A stretch of 64,000 bases of DNA from the human T2T-CHM13v2.0 reference genome, Homo sapiens. The stretch lies in assembly GCF_009914755.1 (NCBI RefSeq), contig NC_060927.1; one strand, written 5' to 3'. The number at the start of each line of letters is the position of its first letter. Within the stretch, counting starts at the first letter, position 1. The position numbers were made by a program, and so were the translations under genes. Shown here piece after piece: positions 56,571 to 64,000 of this stretch. The notes below the pieces were generated by a model. That model searched no databases. It saw only the letters and a program-made list of their open reading frames with translations, and had not been told where the DNA came from.

Positions 56571-56689
56571 ACATTTTTTTTTTTTGGAGTATTTACAGAT
56601 CGTAAGTGCACAGCATGATCCTCCAAAACCAGAAAATAGATGTCAGCACGGAAATAAGGTCCAAATTGCTTTCTGCCAGGTGAAATGTC

Positions 56690-56900
56690 CAACCCACAAC
56701 TGCCACTTATTGGTTACTTACTGTGTACTATTAATTCTTTGCTAGAAGATACATATATTTCACTTGGCTCTACAGCAACCCTCTGGGGTAGGTATCATTA
56801 GACTCATTTCACATGTGACACTCAAAATGTTAAGCGATTACCCAAGTGAACAATAGTGAGAGCCAAGCTGGGATTCAAAACCAGGTCTTTCTGATGGCAA
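56690..56900 (-). mobile_element. MIR SINE
   Basis: CAGCAACCCTCTGGGGTAGGTATCATTA...GCTGGGATTCAAAACCAGGTCTTTCTGA. Confidence 0.7.
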
Positions 56901-56911
56901 AGTTTGGTGAA

Positions 56912-58062
56912 GTTTGTTGTTGTTGTTGTTGTTGTTGTTTGTTTTTTGTTTTTTGTTGTTTTAATTTTAAGTTCCAGGGTATATGTACAGGATGTGCAGC
57001 TTTGTTACATAGGTAAACATGTGCTATGGTGATTTGCTGCACCTATCAACACATCACCTAGGTATTAAGCCCAGCATGCATTAGTTATTTTTCCTGATGC
57101 TCTCCCTCCTCCATCCCACCCTCCAACAAGCCTCAGTGTGTCTTATTTCCCTCCCTGTGTCCATGTGTTCTCATTGTTCATCTCCCACTTATAAGTAAGA
57201 ACATGCAGTGTTTGGTTATCTGTTCCTGTGTTAGTTTGCTGAGGATAGTGGCTTCCAGCTCCTTCCATGTCCCTGCAAAGGACATGATCTTATTCATCTT
57301 TATGGCTGCACAGTATTCCGTGGTATATGTTTCACTCTTATTGCCCAAGCTGTAGTGTAATGGCATGATCTCAGCTCATCGCAACCTCCGTCTCCAGGTT
57401 TAAGCAATTCTCCTGCCTCAGCCTCCCAAGTAGCTGGGATTACAGGCATGTGCCACCACACCCAGTTAATTTTGTATTTTCAGTAGAGACAGGTTTTCTC
57501 TATGTTGGTCAGGCTGGTCTCGAACTGCTGACCTCAGGTGATCCCCAGCCTCAGCCTCCCAAAGCTCTGGGATTACAGGCGTAAGCCACCGCGCCCGGCT
57601 GTACCATGTTTTCTTTATCCAGTCTACTATTAATGGACATTTGGGTTGATTCCATGTCTTTGCTATTGTGAATAGTGCCACAATGAACTTATGTGTGTGT
57701 GTGTCTTTGTAATAGAATGATTTATATTCCTTTGGGTATATACCCAGTAATGGGGCTGCTGGGTCAAATGGTTTTTTTGGTTCTGGATCTTTGAGGAATA
57801 GTCACACGGTCTTCCACAATAGTGGAACTAATTTACATTCCCACCAACCACGTGAAAGCATTCCTATTTCCCAACAACCTCTCCATCATCTATCGTTTCT
57901 TGACTTCTTAATAATCGCCATTCTGACTGACATGAGATGGTATCTCATTATGGTTTTGATTTGCATTTTTCTAATGACCAGTGATGTTGAGCTGTTTTTC
58001 AAGTTTTTTGGCCACATGAATGTCTTCTTTTGAGAAGTGTTTGTTCATGTCCTTTGCCCACT
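56912..58062 (-). mobile_element. L1PA10-type 3' fragment with (TTG)n tail, interrupted by an Alu
   Basis: AAGTTCCAGGGTATATGTACAGGATGTGCAG...CACCTAGGTATTAAGCCCAGCATGCATTAG..., resuming after the Alu up to GTCCTTTGCCCACT. Confidence 0.92.
57329..57599 (-). mobile_element. AluSp-type SINE lacking its poly-A tail
   Basis: GTTTCACTCTTATTGCCC...AATGGC...GTTGGTCAGGCTGG...CCGCGCCCGGC, with no T-run upstream. Confidence 0.92.
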
Positions 58063-58850
58063 GATTAACAATTTTATTGAACTACAGTTGGCAAATCCAT
58101 TGTACATATTTAAAGGGTATTATCTGATGAGTTTTGAAATATGTATATACCTAGGAAATCATAATCATAATCAACAGAATGACTATATCCATCTCTTCTA
58201 AAAGTTATCTCATGCTCTTTGCCATCCCTCCCTCCCTGTCTTCACCCCATCCCCAGGCAACCACTAATCTTTCTGTCATGATACCTTAGTTTACATTTTC
58301 GAGAGATTTATGTAAATGGAATCATACACTACATATACTTTTTGGCTTATTTTACTCAGCACATTGATTTTGAGATTTATTCATGCTCTTGGATTTATCA
58401 ATGGTTTATTCTTTTTCATTGCTGAGTAATCGTTCATTGTATGGATATACCACAATTGGTTTATCTGTTCACTGTTCATGGACACTCAGATTGTTTGCAG
58501 TTTTGGACTACTAGAAATAAAACTGCTGTGAGCATTCATGTAATATCTCTATGTTAATGTATGCTTTCATTTCTTTTGGGTAAACACCTAGGAGTGGAAT
58601 GACTGAAACTATATATTTAACTTTTCAAGAAATGGCTAGACTGTTTTCCAAAGTGGCTGCACAATTTTCCATGCCCACCAGCAGCTTAGGGAATTCCATT
58701 TGCTCCACAGCCTTGCCAACATTTGGTAAGACCCAGGTCTTTTAATTTTAGCAATTCTAATAGATATGTTGTGATATCTCACTATGCCTTTAATTTGCAT
58801 TTCCCCATTAAATAAATAATGATGTTGAGCATTTTTTCATGTGCTTATTT
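58063..58850 (-). mobile_element. L1MC-type 3' fragment
   Basis: CCCCAGGCAACCACTAATCT...GTAAATGGAATCATACA...CACCTAGGAGTGGAATG...GATGTTGAGCATTTTTTCATGTGCTTATT. Confidence 0.85.
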
Positions 58851-60289
58851 CAAGTGCAAGCTTTTACACTCAACATCACTGTTTCTCAAACACATACAGT
58901 ATGATTCTTCTTAAAAGAAAAAATAAAACCATATCAATCCCCAAAGTTCCTTTACTTTTATAATGATATTTAATTTTATTATAATATGAACAAAATACAT
59001 AGCAACATAAAACCAGGCATTTTTATTTATAAATTATACTTTTATTTATACGACTATAAAAAATTAAAACTTGAATCCAAACAAAACTAAAAATTCCCAC
59101 TACTAGTAGTAATAATATGAAACATGATGATTTTGCTGACCCTAAATCACCACTCGTAAATTTACATGAGTTTCTTATACAGCACCCCACAATAGTATAT
59201 GGCCTTCCCTTGGCTAAAATTCATCATTTATGTGTAAGATCTGCCTTCGTTTTAGCCTGTGATAATCAAAGTGGTCTTTCTTGTCTTGGCTCCAACACTG
59301 TTGTAAACACCAGTGCAAATGTAGGCACTGGCATTGCATGGCAGTACTTGGTTATAAGGAGAACCAGATGATCCAAAACAGGCTTATATTGTTTTTGTTA
59401 GATTTTCATCAAAATGAAAAATACAGTATTGAAATACCCTCATAACAAACAAGTCACCCTCCAAAGACAGGGCTACATTTCCAAACTTTAGCAAATCCCC
59501 TAGTTAGAAAAGCTCCACTCTATGATTCGACCCGTGCTGTCTTCACTTGACCACACACTTCCTCTGACCCCTGCATCCGATACTCTTTGCTCTATTCCAC
59601 AGCTCATTCCACAGTGCTAATGACTCTTCCAACAATTTATATCTCATTAAATCACTTGATCACCCCCACCAAAGAAATCCTGCAAGGAAAGTAGAGCATC
59701 ACCCTAAAGTGCAGATGAGGAAACTGATGCTGATGACTCTAAGTGGGCCCTCCCATATTCACATAACAGAGCCTGGTGGATTCAAGACTCAGGTTAGATC
59801 TTCCAAGTTACATCTTTTTTCCTACATCACATGACTTCCTGGCATTATTACTAAGAATAAATATTCTGGAGAACATACAAACCTGGGGCTTTTTAAAATA
59901 GCTCTCCTTATGATCAAACAACCAAATGTTTTCCACCCATTTTATTTCCACTAATCCAAAACAGACCCAGCATCCTTTTGCCTATAATTCATGTCTATTT
60001 TTCTTTGATTGTCTCTTTGTCCTCTCCAATAGAAAACACAAAGCTTTGGGCACACAAATGGGTATGACACAATCTAGCTGCCACCCACCACGTGGCTACT
60101 GTCCATCATGTGAAAACAAGGACCCCCTACCTCCCTCATTCCCACAGACGAGCCCCTGGTGTTCTTACAATCATACCGGCTTTCAATAGCCTCAGCACAT
60201 TCACAACTGTCATTAAGGATGCTGTATTTCTTTTCCAGGTGGAAGTTTTCAAATAAAGCTCTAAAAACAATTACAACAAAACCACGACA

Positions 60290-60520
60290 TCTGTCATCCA
60301 TTGAGCCTTCATGCCAGGCCTTGTGCTGAGGGACCGCACGTGTCTCATCTCCATGCCACATCCCTATGAGGCAGATACTATATTACTCCCACTTAGGAGA
60401 TACGGAGATGAGTTCAGAGAGTATAACTTGCCCAGTGTCACACAGCTAATAACCAGTGGAGCCAGGATTCAAACCCTTGTCTTTTAGGGACCAGTAATGT
60501 ATGTGTTTAATCATTATGTC
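60290..60520 (-). mobile_element. MIR SINE
   Basis: CCCTATGAGGCAGATACTA...TAACTTGCCCAGTGTCACACAGCTAAT...GGAGCCAGGATTCAAACCC. Confidence 0.75.
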
Positions 60521-61499
60521 AGCATTACCTCTGAGAAGTCATCTCTAATTTCCCCAGCAATAGGAAATAACTCTTTCCTCTAAAAATGTGTAGCCTTTCA
60601 ACTATACCCGTCTTCCCCTTCTTGGCACTTCTGATTTTGCATTATCTTTATTTGTGAGATCTATTTGCTCCTAAATGGCAATATTTGTGCCCAATACTCC
60701 TTGGGAGTCTCACACAGAACTTAGCACATTGCCTTACCTATAGTAAGATTTTAGTACATGTCTATTATTTTTGCTTGTTTGTCTTAGCTGGAAAAATGGA
60801 TGAGTAGGTAGGTAGAGGGCCTTGCTGTTTTGATCTGCCAGACATCCTCATTTCTTATTTCTCCACCACCATTACCACCTACTCCAAGAGTGGTTGAGCA
60901 TGTCGTCCACTCCCCTCCCTGATCACCTGGGCAAAACTGTTTCCTGATTTCCCTGCAACAGCAATTGATCCACAAGGGCTAGATGGTTCAAGCAGATGCC
61001 TTCTCTGTAGTCATAAATGGATACAGGTAGAGAGAAGCAACTCTTATTGCTGAGATGACTTAACTGGGACGATGTGACTCTGGAATGGTCACAGTTCTTT
61101 TCCTTTCATCTCCAGGAGAGATATTCTGCATATCCTTCATGTAGGATGAGGGAAATACAATTTGAACGTGTAAATTCAGCTCCTCAACACAAAACCTACC
61201 AGTTAAGTGAGCCACGTTTGGCTTATAGTCATTTGGGCATTGATGACTTCCAACTTCAAGCTGCCTGACAAACACCAGAAAACAAAGACCTAGATAAGGA
61301 TAGTGCTCTTATTATAAATCATCACTCTCTGTATTATTATAAAACTGATGATGGCACATGAAGAAGACGGGTATGATATATGAGCATCATTCACTCTGTC
61401 ATCATTCACAGACCAAATGCCATTTAACACACCTAAGATGTCATGGCACTCACGTGGGTCCTCTCCACTGGTCTTTTACTGACACTCTTAAGTATTTTC

Positions 61500-61840
61500 C
61501 AAAAAAAGGAAATTATTTTCTTACCTAAAAGAAAAGTCTAAAGATGATTTCAGGGGAGACGCAAACAATGCCATCAAGCACCCAAGTCCTGCCTGTCTCT
61601 ACAATCTGATTCCTCCAGTGCTGCCTGTCTCATAGTGGGCCCTTGGCAGCTCTGAGCTCTCTGTTCATGGATGTAAAATGGCTGCAGCAGTTTGAGCATC
61701 ACTTCCGTGTACTGCATCATGCAGAGAAGGAAGTGAAGTCTTCTCTGATAGTTCCTGCAAAAGAGCTTGCCAGAATTGAGGCCGTCAATCCCCCAAAGGC
61801 ACATTACTAAGAATGGGTAATCCATTTCCCTCAAAGCAAA
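61500..61840 (-). mobile_element. MLT1K/L-like LTR fragment
   Basis: AATGCCATCAAGCACCCAAG...AAAATGGCTGCAGCAGTT...AGCATCAC. Confidence 0.5.
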
Positions 61841-61874
61841 ATTCATGTATTTTAATGTGAAGAGGAAGCAGAAG

Positions 61875-61922
61875 ACACACACGTATACACACACACACAT
61901 ACACACAGAGAGAGAGAGAGAG
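61875..61922. repeat. (CA)n(GA)n compound microsatellite
   Basis: Read directly. Confidence 0.9.
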
Positions 61923-62055
61923 CAAGATAGAGAGGAGCATAAATATGGCAAAAATTAACAATTGTTGAGTCTAAACATAAATGGCATATGGATGTTCCAT
62001 GTATTCATTTTCAATGAATGTTGAATGTCGGTAACTTTTGTGTTACAGGGAAAAA

Positions 62056-62454
62056 TGTCACAGAGGTCATGAGCACCATTCATTAAAATTTTCAGCTCTC
62101 TGCCATCAAAGAACATGGTGAGTTTATACTTCCCAGCTTCTTTGAATTTAGATGTAGACAAGTGACTTGCTTTGGCCTATGAGATATAAGCTAGTATCAT
62201 TTCTAGAAGAAGCTTTGTAGGCCAATTTGTGATTCTCTATGTTCCCACCCACTGTTGCAGAGAAATCAAGGAAGCATATATCAAGAGGAAATCTCCCTCA
62301 ACCGCAGTCTCTGAGAGACCACATGAGAACAGCCCTCAGACAAACCGCTATGGTCATGCATCTAAGCAAGAAATAAGTCCTTCTTGTTATGCACCACCAA
62401 GATTTGGGGGTTGTTGGTTACAGCGGCAAAACCTGAATTATCCTAACTGATATA
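62056..62454 (+). mobile_element. MLT1J-type MaLR LTR
   Basis: GTGACTTGCTTTGGCCTATGAG...AGCAAGAAATAA...AGATTTGGGGGTTGTTGGTTACAGC...TATCCTAACTGATATA. Confidence 0.8.
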
Positions 62455-63429
62455 GAATAGATACTGTGCAGAAAAACAATACTCCATCCTCTAAATAATT
62501 GGAAGCTTTAACCATGAAGTTTTAACTCCTAGACCCTTAGCTCAAATAGGAGCCTTCAGGCACATACTCAGAGCAGGCTAAAATATTGATTTTCTTCTTG
62601 TTGTTGTTTCAAAGTTACAATTAAATTGTAGCTCAATACCAAACACCATGTGATCACTCTTTTAAGATAACTGTGTTGTTAAATAATACTAGGAAAATGA
62701 TTCCAATTGCTGTTTCCTTCTTTCCTAACCACCAAAAATACATTCTAGAGTGGTGTCAGAGCAGTGACAAGAACATTTGCAAAACTCTAGAATCTGTCCT
62801 CTTAAGCCCCATTGCCTGTCAATGAGCAGGGAAGAGAAGTGGGCACATTGTAAAGTAAACCACTGTCCATTAAATCTGCGAAACTGTGAGGCAAAGAAAA
62901 AGGGAAAATATACCCGGTTCTTAGGAAGTTTCTAAGGAAGAATTATAATAGGCTAGTGGGATTGGAGTGAACTCATCAGCAGTACCAACCAGAGAAGTAA
63001 ATAACTTCTCTTAACTACTTAGAGAGCATCTTTCTTAACCACTCAAAACTCTTTGCACAAGTCCACAAGCATTATCCACTGTGGCAAGAGGCCCTAGATA
63101 GGCCAGTATTGGATTTCTTAAAAGTAGCACAAGTGATCTCTCCAAAGAGAAATCATTAAAAAGTGGAGAAGTCACTTGGAGTCCGAATTCAACCTGGAAA
63201 AAAAGATTCTCTGAGAACAGAGGAAGAATAGGCAGATGACTTGGTGGATAGGTCTGCATTTTTTGGAAGGAAAAGCTCATAAAATTTTTCGCAGTGATGG
63301 TCGCATGTTAGTTGCAGCATCTGAGTGGCTCTCATCTACTTTAGGCCTCATTGTCTCTGTTACCTCTCAAAAGTTCCTTCTGTAGCTCTGTCTGGAACAG
63401 TCAGCATTGATCTAAATTAACTTAGCAGA

Positions 63430-63592
63430 GGTAGAATCTAAGGCAAGCTGCCCCAAATCTGTAAGACTCAGTTTCCCCATCTCTAAACCAGAAATAAAAC
63501 TGTTGTGATATTAAATGAAATAAAAAGGTAAAGTGCTTAGCAAGGTCTGGCACATAGCAAGAGCTCAATAAATATTTAGTTGTTATCATTAT
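63430..63592 (+). mobile_element. MIR 3' half
   Basis: CTCAGTTTCCCCATCTCTAAA...AAAGTGCTTAGCAAGGTCTGGCACATAGCAAGAGCTCAATAAAT. Confidence 0.8.
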
Positions 63593-64000
63593 AAATTGTA
63601 TGTCTTGCTTGGAAGAGTCCTCTAGGTCTCTACGTGAGTTGGCTGGCCTTTTCATTTCTAACTCTTCAAGGGCTCCAGTCATTATTTTCTTCCTCCTTTA
63701 AGTCAAGGATATTAAACTGTGTGTCAGCTACTGTCCTCCTGGTTGGTGACAATGATGAATGAGACACAGTTCTTGTCCTCCATGGACAACACACACAATG
63801 TGACGTGATCAGTGCAAAAAAGAAAAAGAAAGAAAGAAAGAAAAAACAAACCCATGGGCCACAGAGGAGGGACACTGGAGTGGGCTTAGATTCAGGTAGT
63901 CTTACCCTGAATGGGTGATATTTAAAAGGCCTCCTCTCCCTAGGCCTAGCTCTTTTCCCAAGAGGATCTGCAAATACCACTCCACAGGTGTCAGGAAACA

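Noticed and set aside
59125-59145. C/D box snoRNA motifs ATGATGA and CTGA
   Set aside because: The boxes are only a few nucleotides apart, with no terminal stem or suitable length.

Overview
This is primate (human-like) non-coding DNA, either intergenic or deep intronic. I could not recognise any cellular protein-coding exon, RNA gene, classical CpG island or CRISPR array, and I could not identify the locus. A large share of the window is interspersed repeat: about 10 Alus (J/Sc/Sx/Sq/Sp types), L1 pieces from L1M to L1PA2-like, L2, MIR, MaLR LTRs (MLT1, MST, THE1), an ERVL integrase/dUTPase remnant with its MLT2 LTR, MER5/MER20 and a MADE1 MITE. The ORFs with recognisable protein similarity are decayed L1 or ERVL products, and the rest are Alu translations or look like chance ORFs. 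I found no evidence of a new biological system. The best leads are: (1) a composite L1PA5/6 element with two 3' ends, an internal deletion of roughly 3 kb and a single TSD; (2) a tandem NF-kB/AP-1 motif cluster at 53.4 kb; (3) a candidate promoter and first exon at 28.0-28.55 kb; (4) a very young ~50-nt L1 insertion; (5) a 56-bp MLT1-like copy inside an ERVL microsatellite. Subfamily names come from remembered consensus sequences, and boundaries of old repeats are approximate.
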